Source: Terriglobia bacterium
GTDB taxonomy: Bacteria; Acidobacteriota; Terriglobia; Terriglobales; SCQP01
Assembly: GCA_021323595.1 (NCBI GenBank)
Contig: JAJPKR010000031.1
Location: 13,599 to 77,598, forward strand
Reading direction: 5' to 3'
Length of the DNA: 64,000 bases
Of the stretch, positions 1-7,668 are shown piece after piece. Each line of letters starts with the position of its first letter. The first letter of the stretch is position 1. The notes below the pieces were generated by a model. It was not told the DNA's origin. It was given only the letters and a program-made list of their open reading frames with translations, and searched no databases. The position numbers and the translations under genes are program-made.

Positions 1-2
1 CC

Positions 3-80
3 GACCGCACGATCCATCTCTTCGACGGTCGCGTGGTCAGCGAGGCGGAGCTGGCGGCAGCGCAGGCGGCCCAGGCCTAA
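3..80 (+). CDS. 3' end of a gene entering from the left edge; tail resembles an ABC-transporter ATP-binding subunit (partial)
   Basis: Open frame from the window edge translating ...DRTIHLFDGRVVSEAELAAAQAAQA, stop TAA 78-80. Only 25 codons visible; assignment rests on resemblance of the ending to ABC ATPase C-termini. Confidence 0.35.
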   Translation, partial: DRTIHLFDGRVVSEAELAAAQAAQA

Positions 81-2015
81 TCAGTCCTGACGCGGGAAAT
101 CGGTCAAGTCCCGGGGGGCGGCGGCAGTGCGGGCGGCGTTGAGCACGGCCACGAGATCGATGACCTCCTGGGCGACGGCGCCGGCGATGGGCGGCAGCAG
201 GCCGAAGGCGGCGAAAATCATGCCGGCCAGGCTCAGGCCCATGCCGCCGAGCGCGCTCTCGAGCAAGATGCGCCGCAGGCGGCGCGCGATGTGGATCAGT
301 TCGTCGACTTTTTCGAGCGAAGCTTCCATCACCACGGCATCGGCGGTTTCCGCCGAAACATCGCTGGCCGTACCCAGGGCCACGCCCACGGTTGCCGCCA
401 GCAGCGCCGGCGCGTCGTTCATGCCATCGCCCACGAACAGCGTGAGGGCGCGCCGGGCGGCATCGCGGACGATCGCCACTTTATCCTCCGGGCTTTGATT
501 GGCATAGATTTCGCGGATTCCGACGCTGTCGGCCAAATACCGCACCTCGGACTCGCGATCGCCGGAGAGCAGGACCAAACGATTCACGCGGTGGCGTGGT
601 CCGAGGTGGCCGATAAACGAGCGGCTTTCGCGCCGGGGCGTATCCCGAAAGCGGAACGTGGCGGCGTAGCGGCCATCGACGAGCACGACGCACTCCAGGC
701 CGCCGATCTGAGGCGGCAGCTGCTGCACCGGCACGACCGCTTTCTCGCGGCCGGTGATTTGCACGACGTGGCCCGCGACGTTTCCGCGAAGGCCTTCGCC
801 GGGCTTTTCGCTCACGTCTTCGACGGCAGGCAGCGCCAAATTCGCCTGCGCCGCCGCCCGCAGAATGGCGGCGGCGAGCGGGTGCTTGGAATAGCGCTCC
901 AGGCTGGCGGCCGGCGCCAGCACCTGCGCCGGTTGAAAGCCGGGCGCGCAGTGAATTTCGGTCAACGTGGGCGTGCCGTAGGTCAGCGTTCCCGTCTTGT
1001 CGAAAATCAAGGTCGTGCAGGCATCGATCCGTTCGAGCGCAGCGGGACGGCGGATCACGATGCCGCGGCGCGCGGCCAGCGAAATGGCGCCGATGATCGC
1101 CACGGGAATGGCAATCAGCAGCGGGCAGGGGGTGGCGACCACGATCACGGCGAGGAACCGCTGCGCTCCCCCGCCGGCCGAGGCGGCAGCCAGGGCGATG
1201 GCCAGCGCCAGCGGCGTGTACCACGCGCCGAGCTGATCGCCGATACGCCGCAGTCGCGGGCGCGCCTCGCCCGACAACTGCAACACCGCCACGATCTTGG
1301 CGTAACGAGACTCCGTGGGCAAGCTGGTGGCGCGCACCGTGAGGGCAAAGTCGCCGTTCACGGCGCCGGAGATCACCGTCGAGCCCGGCGCCTTGGCCAT
1401 CAAGAACGGCTCGCCAGTCAAATAGGCTTCGTCCATGCTGCCGTGGCCCTCGGTCACCACGCCATCGACCGGGCAGATCTCGTGCGGCAGCACGACCAAG
1501 GTATCGCCGATGCGAATCTCGTCGAGCGTCACGCTGACCAGAGCGGCGTCTTGCCGGCGATGCGCCACGGATGGCGCGCGCCGCGCCAAAGCCTGCAGGA
1601 CCGACGTCGCGCGCTCGCTTGCGAATCGCTCCAGAGCCGAGCCCCCCGAGAGCATGAGGACGACGATCACCGCGACCAAGTATTCCCCGACCAGAAAGGC
1701 GGTGAGGATCGAAAGCCCCGCGAGCAGATCGGAACCGAATTCGCGACGCCAAAGCCGCCGCCCTAGGTCGAAGAGCTGAGGCACCGCGCCCGCCGCCAAG
1801 GCAATGAACAGCGGCCAATCGTAGCCTGCCGGCGTGGTATGGAAGGCGAAGCGAAGGAGAAGGTGGAGGAGAATCGCGGCCGCGGAAAGAGCCGCGATCC
1901 AGGCCTCCTTTGCCGCCAGCAACCGCCGCGGGCCGGCGGGTGGGCTGGCCGGCGGCGCGCCCGCAGAGGCGAGCGGCGGCCGCACGGCGGCTTCGGTCTT
2001 TTCAGTGGCAGCCAT
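81..2015 (-). CDS. P1B-type heavy-metal P-type ATPase, TPCP (P1B-5-like) subtype, no N-terminal metal-binding domain
   Basis: 644-aa ORF, ATG at 2015. Actuator TGEP (YLTGEPF), phosphorylation site DKTGTLT, hinge GDGMNDAPAL. Metal-site helix reads VVATPCPLLIAIP (TPCP, not CPC/CPH/SPC); last helix AQEVIDLVAVLNA. No HMA/CxxC or His-rich N-terminus. Confidence 0.9.
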   Translation of the reverse strand: MAATEKTEAAVRPPLASAGAPPASPPAGPRRLLAAKEAWIAALSAAAILLHLLLRFAFHTTPAGYDWPLFIALAAGAVPQLFDLGRRLWRREFGSDLLAGLSILTAFLVGEYLVAVIVVLMLSGGSALERFASERATSVLQALARRAPSVAHRRQDAALVSVTLDEIRIGDTLVVLPHEICPVDGVVTEGHGSMDEAYLTGEPFLMAKAPGSTVISGAVNGDFALTVRATSLPTESRYAKIVAVLQLSGEARPRLRRIGDQLGAWYTPLALAIALAAASAGGGAQRFLAVIVVATPCPLLIAIPVAIIGAISLAARRGIVIRRPAALERIDACTTLIFDKTGTLTYGTPTLTEIHCAPGFQPAQVLAPAASLERYSKHPLAAAILRAAAQANLALPAVEDVSEKPGEGLRGNVAGHVVQITGREKAVVPVQQLPPQIGGLECVVLVDGRYAATFRFRDTPRRESRSFIGHLGPRHRVNRLVLLSGDRESEVRYLADSVGIREIYANQSPEDKVAIVRDAARRALTLFVGDGMNDAPALLAATVGVALGTASDVSAETADAVVMEASLEKVDELIHIARRLRRILLESALGGMGLSLAGMIFAAFGLLPPIAGAVAQEVIDLVAVLNAARTAAAPRDLTDFPRQD

Positions 2016-2055
2016 GCTGGCCCGGCCCCGCTAGGGCAGCGGCCCGAAGCGAGAA

Positions 2056-2823
2056 CTAGCCGACGAGCGGCAGGCGCTCGGAAGCGGCGCGGTGCTCGGC
2101 CAACTTCCGCTCCAACTCGAGCGCTCGGGGAAACAGGACGTTGTTTTCCAGATGCACGTGGCGATGCAGATCGCGCTCGAATTCGGCCAGCTCCCGATAC
2201 AGGCGGCGATGAGCCGCGCCGGCCTGCGCGGGCGGAGCATAGCCGCCGGTCAACCGCCGTATCTCGGCCACCATGGCGCCGGCGGCGTCGTGATCTTCCA
2301 TCATCACGCGAATGGTGGAGTGCTCGCCGGCGCGACCGGGCGCCGCCGCCGCGGCCGGCCGCTCGCCGCGGCTTGCCATCTCAAGCTGTTCGATACGGGG
2401 AAAGAGCCCGCTCTCTTCCTTCGCCAAATGAAAGAGCGTTTCTTGCGAAAGCCGATTGAAAATGGAGGCGACCGCCGCGAGCTCCGGATACGCGGACTCG
2501 TGCTCCGCCCGCACCTCGCTCAGGCCGCGGCGGATCGCTTGGATCGCGCGCCGCGTGTATTCGTGATGGTGATGGATGATGAAGCCGATGATTTGGCGCA
2601 AGGAGGCTCGCTCCCAGTGCGGCGCTTCTTCGGAAGGGACCGTGGTGACGATTTCCGCCAGGCGCTCCAAGACAAGGTTCACATCCACATCGGCCAGGCG
2701 GCACGCCTCCGCCAAGCTCAACGCGCCGTGGCAGCAATAGTCGATTCCAAATTGCTCGAAGACTTCGATCGTGCCCGGATGCGCGGCCACGATGTCGCGG
2801 ATCAGCGTCTCGGTATCCGCCAT
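2056..2823 (-). CDS. RIC/ScdA-YtfE family di-iron protein (repair of iron centres; ScdA_N + hemerythrin-like domain)
   Basis: N-terminus IRDIVAAHPGTIEVFEQFGIDYCCHGALSLAEAC is ScdA_N-like. It is followed by His/Glu-rich four-helix motifs (IIHHHHEYTR, HLAKEE, MEDHD, HVHLENNVLFP). Start moved from the track's 2850 to ATG 2823, which has GGAGG 6 nt upstream. Confidence 0.85.
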   Translation of the reverse strand: MADTETLIRDIVAAHPGTIEVFEQFGIDYCCHGALSLAEACRLADVDVNLVLERLAEIVTTVPSEEAPHWERASLRQIIGFIIHHHHEYTRRAIQAIRRGLSEVRAEHESAYPELAAVASIFNRLSQETLFHLAKEESGLFPRIEQLEMASRGERPAAAAAPGRAGEHSTIRVMMEDHDAAGAMVAEIRRLTGGYAPPAQAGAAHRRLYRELAEFERDLHRHVHLENNVLFPRALELERKLAEHRAASERLPLVG

Positions 2824-2877
2824 GGGTTGCCTCCTCGCGCTCAATTCCATTGTGAATCCGTCCGCCGCCGCCGGAGA

Positions 2878-2889
2878 TGATTTTTGTCA
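2878..2889. promoter_or_regulatory. CRP/FNR-type (Dnr/NnrR-like) dyad box TGATTTTTGTCA, the reverse complement of TGACAAAAATCA, upstream of the RIC-ATPase operon
   Basis: Exact reverse complement of the box at 4984-4995. Lies 55-66 nt upstream of ATG 2823; CACAAT (minus strand, 2849-2854) sits 23 nt downstream of the box. Confidence 0.45.
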
Positions 2890-3002
2890 CGCACCGCCGT
2901 TCGCGTTCCGGGGTCGCGCCCGCACCCGTTCACCGGCGGATCGAAGCCGGGCGTTGGCGCGCTGCGGAAGCGCCGCAGGTCCGTGATATCGTGAGTACCG
3001 CC

Positions 3003-4415
3003 ATGACCGAAGCCAATCGCAGAGACTTCCTGAAAACCGCCGGCGCCGCCGGTTTGGCGCTGACCGCCGGCTCCCGCGCGCTGGGCTCGCCCATCGGCGC
3101 CAACGATCGCCTGGTCGCGGCGCTCATCGGAGCGGGCCGCCAGGGCACCTATGACATGCTCGATCACTTGCGTCACGGCAACGTGGACGTGGCGGCGATC
3201 TGCGACGTGTACCAGCCCAACCTACAAAAGGCGCTGAAGGAGGCCATGAACGCCGGGGCGCGGGCGCCGCAGGCCGTGAGCGATTTCCGGCGCATCCTCG
3301 ACCGCAAGGATATCGACATCGTCATTATCGGCACGCCCGATCATTGGCACGCGGCGATCATGGTCATGGCCTGCCAAGCAGGCAAGGATGTTTACGTCGA
3401 GAAGCCCATCTGCGTGCGCCTGGCGGAAGGCAAGAAGATGGTCGAAGCCGCGCGCCGCTACAACCGGGTCGTGCAGGTCGGAACGCAGCAACGGTCCGGC
3501 CGAAGTTTCCAGCGCGCCGTGGAACTGATCTGGAGCGGGCAGATCGGCAAGATCGAGTTCGTGCGCACCTGGAATTACGGCAACGAGTACCCCGAGGGCA
3601 TCGGCGATCCGCCCGACTCCTCCGCGCCAGCCGATCTCGATTGGGACATGTGGCTGGGCCCGGCGCCGAAGCGCCCATTCAATTGGAACCGCTTCGGCGT
3701 CGGCGACCGCTGGTCCACGTTCCGGTATTTCTGGGACTACGCCGGCGGCATGATGACCGACTGGGGCGTGCATTTGCTGGACATCGTGAATTGGGCGCTG
3801 CGCGCGGACGGCCCGCGCGTGATCACGGCCAGCGGCGGCAAATACCTATTGCGCGACAACCGCGAAACCCCGGACACGTTGCAAGCCACGTTCGAATATG
3901 CGTTGTCCTCTCCACCGGTGGAGGCCATCCGAGAGGCCGAACCCGGCGGCGGCGCGGCGGTGCCGAACCAGGATCCACCCGGCTGCGTGGTGGTCTATGA
4001 AAATCGCACCGCCAATGCCAACTCCATGTATGGGAAGGGTTATGGCATGGAATTCCATGGGACGTCCGGCACGCTCTTCGTGGATCGCTCCGGTTTTCAG
4101 GTCTATCCCGAAACGAAGCGCGGGCCCAGGGGCGAAGTGAACTTGACGGCGGCGGCGGAAATGCACGAAGAGCCGGACCCGCACGCCAATCACGTCATGA
4201 ACTTCCTCGAGTGCGTGCGCACGCGCCAGCGGCCGATCAGCGACATCGAGATCGGGCATCGTTCGACGTCGGTCTGCCTGCTCGCCAACGTCGCCTATCG
4301 CAGCCGCGAGCGCCTAGTTTGGGATCTGGAAAAGCAGGAACTGATCGAGGGCGGTCAGCAAGCGCGGGAACTCCTCTCCTACAGTTATCGCGCGCCCTGG
4401 GCGCTTAACGTGTAA
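3003..4415 (+). CDS. Gfo/Idh/MocA-family oxidoreductase with Tat signal
   Basis: Tat-type RRDFLKTAGAAGLALTAGS right after ATG 3003. Rossmann segment LIGAGRQG, family motif DVYVEKPI, PDHWH. The track ORF starts earlier (2877), but that N-terminal stretch is Arg-rich and precedes the signal peptide. Confidence 0.85.
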   Translation: MTEANRRDFLKTAGAAGLALTAGSRALGSPIGANDRLVAALIGAGRQGTYDMLDHLRHGNVDVAAICDVYQPNLQKALKEAMNAGARAPQAVSDFRRILDRKDIDIVIIGTPDHWHAAIMVMACQAGKDVYVEKPICVRLAEGKKMVEAARRYNRVVQVGTQQRSGRSFQRAVELIWSGQIGKIEFVRTWNYGNEYPEGIGDPPDSSAPADLDWDMWLGPAPKRPFNWNRFGVGDRWSTFRYFWDYAGGMMTDWGVHLLDIVNWALRADGPRVITASGGKYLLRDNRETPDTLQATFEYALSSPPVEAIREAEPGGGAAVPNQDPPGCVVVYENRTANANSMYGKGYGMEFHGTSGTLFVDRSGFQVYPETKRGPRGEVNLTAAAEMHEEPDPHANHVMNFLECVRTRQRPISDIEIGHRSTSVCLLANVAYRSRERLVWDLEKQELIEGGQQARELLSYSYRAPWALNV

Positions 4416-4419
4416 CGCA

Positions 4420-4453
4420 GGCAAGCGGCGGCATGCGCAGCCGTCCGCTTGCC
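4420..4453. terminator. Hairpin between convergent genes (possible terminator)
   Basis: GGCAAGCGG (4420-4428) pairs with CCGCTTGCC (4445-4453): 9-bp stem, 16-nt loop, 5 nt after the stop at 4415. Only a weak, distant T-tract (CTCTTT) follows. Confidence 0.3.
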
Positions 4454-4509
4454 CGCTCCGGCTCTTTGGGTCCTTGCGCAGAATCCACCTGCGCCCCACG
4501 CGCCAAGCG

Positions 4510-4770
4510 CTATTTCGTTTTCGCGACCTGGACGCGCCATTGGCGCGGACCTTGCTCCAGGTAATCCCACGTGAATTTGCCCTTGTGAACGAAATCCAGC
4601 TCGAAGTACAGCGGCTTGGGATCGTGATCAACCATCAAAACGAAAGCCTCGCCAGGCCTCAACCCTTCGTAGGTGTTGAAAATCAGCGGATGGCGATCCT
4701 GATGCGGAAGGATGCGGACGTCAATCGTCGTTGTGACCTTGGGCGTGCCCTTGCTCGCGGCTTCACTCAT
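4510..4770 (-). CDS. DUF2249-family small protein
   Basis: Core IDVRILPHQDRHPLIFNTYEGLRPGEAFVLMVDHDPKPLYFELDFVHKGKFTWDYLEQGPRQWRVQV matches the DUF2249 pattern. Start set to ATG 4770 because the upstream ATGs (4842, 4809) lie at or before the predicted box and -10. Confidence 0.7.
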   Translation of the reverse strand: MSEAASKGTPKVTTTIDVRILPHQDRHPLIFNTYEGLRPGEAFVLMVDHDPKPLYFELDFVHKGKFTWDYLEQGPRQWRVQVAKTK

Positions 4771-4836
4771 GGTTCGCGCTTGTGCCTCCTGGTGAATCAC
4801 CGCCTGCATTGTTTCGGCCCGAAGCGCTCCTGTCCA

Positions 4837-4848
4837 TGACATAAATCA
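4837..4848. promoter_or_regulatory. CRP/FNR-type dyad box TGACATAAATCA upstream of DUF2249
   Basis: One substitution relative to the boxes at 2878 and 4984. Lies 67-78 nt upstream of ATG 4770; AACAAT (minus strand, 4808-4813) sits 23 nt downstream. Confidence 0.4.
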
Positions 4849-4983
4849 GCGGCGAACCGGCACAACGGGGAAGCGGAGTGCCGAACGCGTCGCGAGCGCT
4901 CCGCTGCGTCCCTTGGCCGCCTGAGTTCGCTCGCGGCCCGCGGATGGTCAACTCGGCGGCAGGCGCAACTCGTCCCTTTCGGC

Positions 4984-4995
4984 TGACAAAAATCA
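4984..4995. promoter_or_regulatory. CRP/FNR-type dyad box TGACAAAAATCA upstream of the NnrS-like gene
   Basis: Lies 83-94 nt upstream of ATG 5078; TACGGT (5019-5024) sits 23 nt downstream. Read toward the downstream gene, it is identical over 14 nt (TGACAAAAATCATC) to the site at 2878-2889. Confidence 0.45.
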
Positions 4996-5077
4996 TCGTT
5001 CGCCGGAGACCCCGGGCTTACGGTCTTGGTAAGTGGATCGCCAAGGCGGCTCTTCCGCGCGGGCCCCACTCCCGAGA

Positions 5078-6634
5078 ATGAACATGGCCAGAACCATTGC
5101 AGCATCGACCAGCATCGCGGAGATCCTCCGGCTGTGTCCTTCGGCGCGAAGAATTTTCGACCGGCACGGACTTCATGGTTGCGGCGGGGAAAATGGGCCG
5201 GCCGAGCCGTTGGAGTTCTTTGCTTGCGTCCATCAGGCGGATCTGGGGGCGCTGCTGGCCGACCTCAATGCAGAGCTTGAAAGACCGGCGGAAGGCTATA
5301 CCTATCGAGAGAACTTGGCCGACTACATCTACCGGCGCTTTTTCAAGGCGGCGATCGGCATCGTCTTCAGCCTGGGTGGATTGTGGGGTGTGATCGCGTT
5401 GCTGCAGATCTCGCGCGGCGAGGCCCTGCTCCAGCCGCAATTGCTTCCCATGATTCATGCGCATGCGCACGCGATGATCTTCGGCTGGGTGGGTCTGTTC
5501 GTGATGGGGTTCGCCTACCAATCGTTTCCGCGCTTCAAGCACACGACGTTGTGGCGGCCTGGCTTGGCGAATCTCACGCTTTGGCTCATGCTGGCCGGCA
5601 TCGTCCTCCGGTTCGGCGCCGACAGCATCGGCCATGGCGCGCTGGCTTTGAGCATGGGCGCGGCTTCCGCGGCCGCGGAAATCGCCGCCATCCTTCTTTT
5701 CGTTCTCATCATCCTGCGCACCGCCCGCCAATCCGTAAATCCGCGCAGTCCCTATGAGGCCTTTATCCTCGCGGCGCTTGCCTGGTTCTTGATTCAGTCG
5801 ATTTTCAGCGCCTTCTTCTTTTTCGCTCAGGCCACAGCGGCGGACATGCAGGAAACCGTGCGGCGAATCGCCCTGCTGGATGGGCCGTTGCGGGACATGC
5901 AACTCTTCGGCTTCGCCGCCTTGATTATCGCGGGAGTGAGCCAGCGGTTCGTCCCCGGCGTCTATGGCCTGGGGGCGCCGAAGCACGGCCGGCAGCGGAT
6001 GATCTTTTGGTTGATGAATGGCAGCTTGGTGCTGGACATCGCCAGCTACCTTGCGCTGCTGACGAGCGGCAATGGCGTCTGGGCTTGGGCCCTCGAATTT
6101 TCTTACCTGCTCATGGCGCTATGGCCGGTGCTGCTGGTGCTCCAATTGCGGATTTTTTCGCCCACGACGCAGCCCGACCGGAGTTGGAAGTTCATCCGCG
6201 CCGCTTACGTCTGGCTGCTCATCGCGATGTTCATGATGCCGCTGCTAATGCCCTATAGCTTGTGGATGGGCGAGGCTTTTTCGCATGCCTTTTGGGGCGC
6301 GCACCGTCATGCCTTCACTGTCGGGTTCATCAGCATGATGATCGTGGGAGTTTCGTCACGCGTAGTGCCGATCTTGGCCGGGGTTGACTCCAGCCGGCTC
6401 GCGAATCTATGGGGCCCGTTCCTCCTGCTCAACGCCGGCTGCGCCGGCCGGGTGATTCTGGAGATTTTGACCGACGTTGCCCCAGCGATCGCCTATCCCT
6501 TGATCGGAATCACGGGCCTATTGGAATTGGGCGCGCTGGGGTGGTGGGGTATCGGGCTGTGGCGCGTGATGAACCTGGGAAAGACTCGGCGCGCAACCGC
6601 CGCCGCGAATGCCACGCCGGTGGCAGCGGCGTAA
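5078..6634 (+). CDS. NnrS-family heme/copper membrane protein with N-terminal DUF1858-like domain
   Basis: N-terminal ~65 aa (IAEILRLCPSARRIFDRHGLHGCGGENGPAEPLEFF) look like the DUF1858 / hybrid-cluster-associated redox domain. About 12 hydrophobic helices follow, with conserved-His motifs (MIHAHAHAMIFGW, HAFWGAHRHAFTVGF) as in NnrS. Start could be ATG 5078 or 5084. Confidence 0.7.
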   Translation: MNMARTIAASTSIAEILRLCPSARRIFDRHGLHGCGGENGPAEPLEFFACVHQADLGALLADLNAELERPAEGYTYRENLADYIYRRFFKAAIGIVFSLGGLWGVIALLQISRGEALLQPQLLPMIHAHAHAMIFGWVGLFVMGFAYQSFPRFKHTTLWRPGLANLTLWLMLAGIVLRFGADSIGHGALALSMGAASAAAEIAAILLFVLIILRTARQSVNPRSPYEAFILAALAWFLIQSIFSAFFFFAQATAADMQETVRRIALLDGPLRDMQLFGFAALIIAGVSQRFVPGVYGLGAPKHGRQRMIFWLMNGSLVLDIASYLALLTSGNGVWAWALEFSYLLMALWPVLLVLQLRIFSPTTQPDRSWKFIRAAYVWLLIAMFMMPLLMPYSLWMGEAFSHAFWGAHRHAFTVGFISMMIVGVSSRVVPILAGVDSSRLANLWGPFLLLNAGCAGRVILEILTDVAPAIAYPLIGITGLLELGALGWWGIGLWRVMNLGKTRRATAAANATPVAAA

Positions 6635-6659
6635 GTTCCCCGACTCGAGGGAGGCGGGC

Positions 6660-7559
6660 TCAGGCGATCGGAAAGGGATTGTCGGAGTTTAGGCCGGAAG
6701 GCCGGCCGGGCGGAAACCGGGAGTCCAGCAGCGCCTTGAATGGCGCAAAGCCCTCTTGTTTTCCTGTCAGCGTTTGGTAGCAAGCTTCAAGCGTCGCGCC
6801 GGCCGCAGCGACGACGGCGGGCCACGCAAACCCTAGCTGGTAATGCAAATAGTTGAGGAATAACACCGCGCAGCCGGTTGAAACCGCATTTTGGTCGGTG
6901 GGGTCGGTGCGGCTCACCCAATCCGGGCGCGGGGAGTCCAACCAAGCGGCAGCGGTCGCGAACCCGTCGAGTTGCGCGGGATAGAGCTCGGTCGCGAGGA
7001 CGCGCGATAACCCCTCGCCGTTGCTCGCGCCGCAATCCCAGCCCCGATTCTGCGCCGCCGAAAATACCTCCACCGCCTCGGCGACCATGAGAAAGCGGGT
7101 CAGGTCAAGATTCGGCGGAGTTGCGCTATCTCCATCGCAGTAGAGATCCGTGCCGGTGCAGCCATAATGGTACGCGCCGCCGATGCCGGGCGCGATGACC
7201 ACGTTCAGCGGCAGATTGGGCAGCGCAAGCTGGTTGAAGAACTCCGACATGGCCGCATAGTCGCGCTCGCACACGGCCAAGATCCCGGCCGCGATGGCGG
7301 GCCCGTTGCTGAAGCCGGTTTGATAATAGACGCCGAAATGGGTGGTGCTGCCGTCGAAGGTGACGGCGCGATCGAACCCTGCCGCCGGAGCCGCCGCGGC
7401 CCCGCACCGCACTTCCAGGAGCGGCCCGCGAGCGAGGACACGCAGCACGGCGTCGCGGCCCCGGCCTTCGCGCCCCGGCTCGGTTGGCTTGTGAGTCTGG
7501 CGAGTACGCCGCTTGGGTGCGGTTCCGGCGTCCTTGCCGGCATGCTTCTTCGGCGCCAC
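6660..7559 (-). CDS. Hypothetical protein with Lys/Arg-rich N-terminal tail; no family recognised
   Basis: 299-aa ORF with protein-like composition (Y/F/W/N/D-rich core). GTG start at 7559 with GGGAGG 5 nt upstream. No signal peptide, TM helix or catalytic motif that I recognise. Confidence 0.6.
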   Translation of the reverse strand: MAPKKHAGKDAGTAPKRRTRQTHKPTEPGREGRGRDAVLRVLARGPLLEVRCGAAAAPAAGFDRAVTFDGSTTHFGVYYQTGFSNGPAIAAGILAVCERDYAAMSEFFNQLALPNLPLNVVIAPGIGGAYHYGCTGTDLYCDGDSATPPNLDLTRFLMVAEAVEVFSAAQNRGWDCGASNGEGLSRVLATELYPAQLDGFATAAAWLDSPRPDWVSRTDPTDQNAVSTGCAVLFLNYLHYQLGFAWPAVVAAAGATLEACYQTLTGKQEGFAPFKALLDSRFPPGRPSGLNSDNPFPIA

Positions 7560-7668
7560 CCCTGCCTCCCGCTCTCCCTCACTCTACGCCAGGGGCAGGG
7601 TGAGTTCCGTGCGCGAAGACACCGCAACCTTCTTGCACGTGCACGCGACCAAACCGCGGGAGCGGGGC

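Noticed and set aside
291-1766. Very long ORFs overlapping recognised genes on the opposite strand or in other frames, for example 291-1766(+), 481-1818(-), 5018-5986(-), 24946-26586(-), 31456-34125(-), 36000-37586(-), 59424-62117(+).
   Set aside because: Their products are dominated by Arg/Ala/Gly/Pro/His with no motifs. Each lies opposite or out of frame with a gene carrying clear family signatures. These are typical shadow ORFs of high-GC DNA.
4771-4842. N-terminal extensions offered by the ORF track (4510-4842, 2056-2850, 2877-, 18075-19217, 54712-55443, 55190-55849, 55686-57314, 58585-59556).
   Set aside because: The extra residues are low-complexity Arg/Ser/Pro-rich. They run into neighbouring genes or across predicted promoters and boxes. 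Internal starts with SD sequences, or with family-typical N-termini, fit better.
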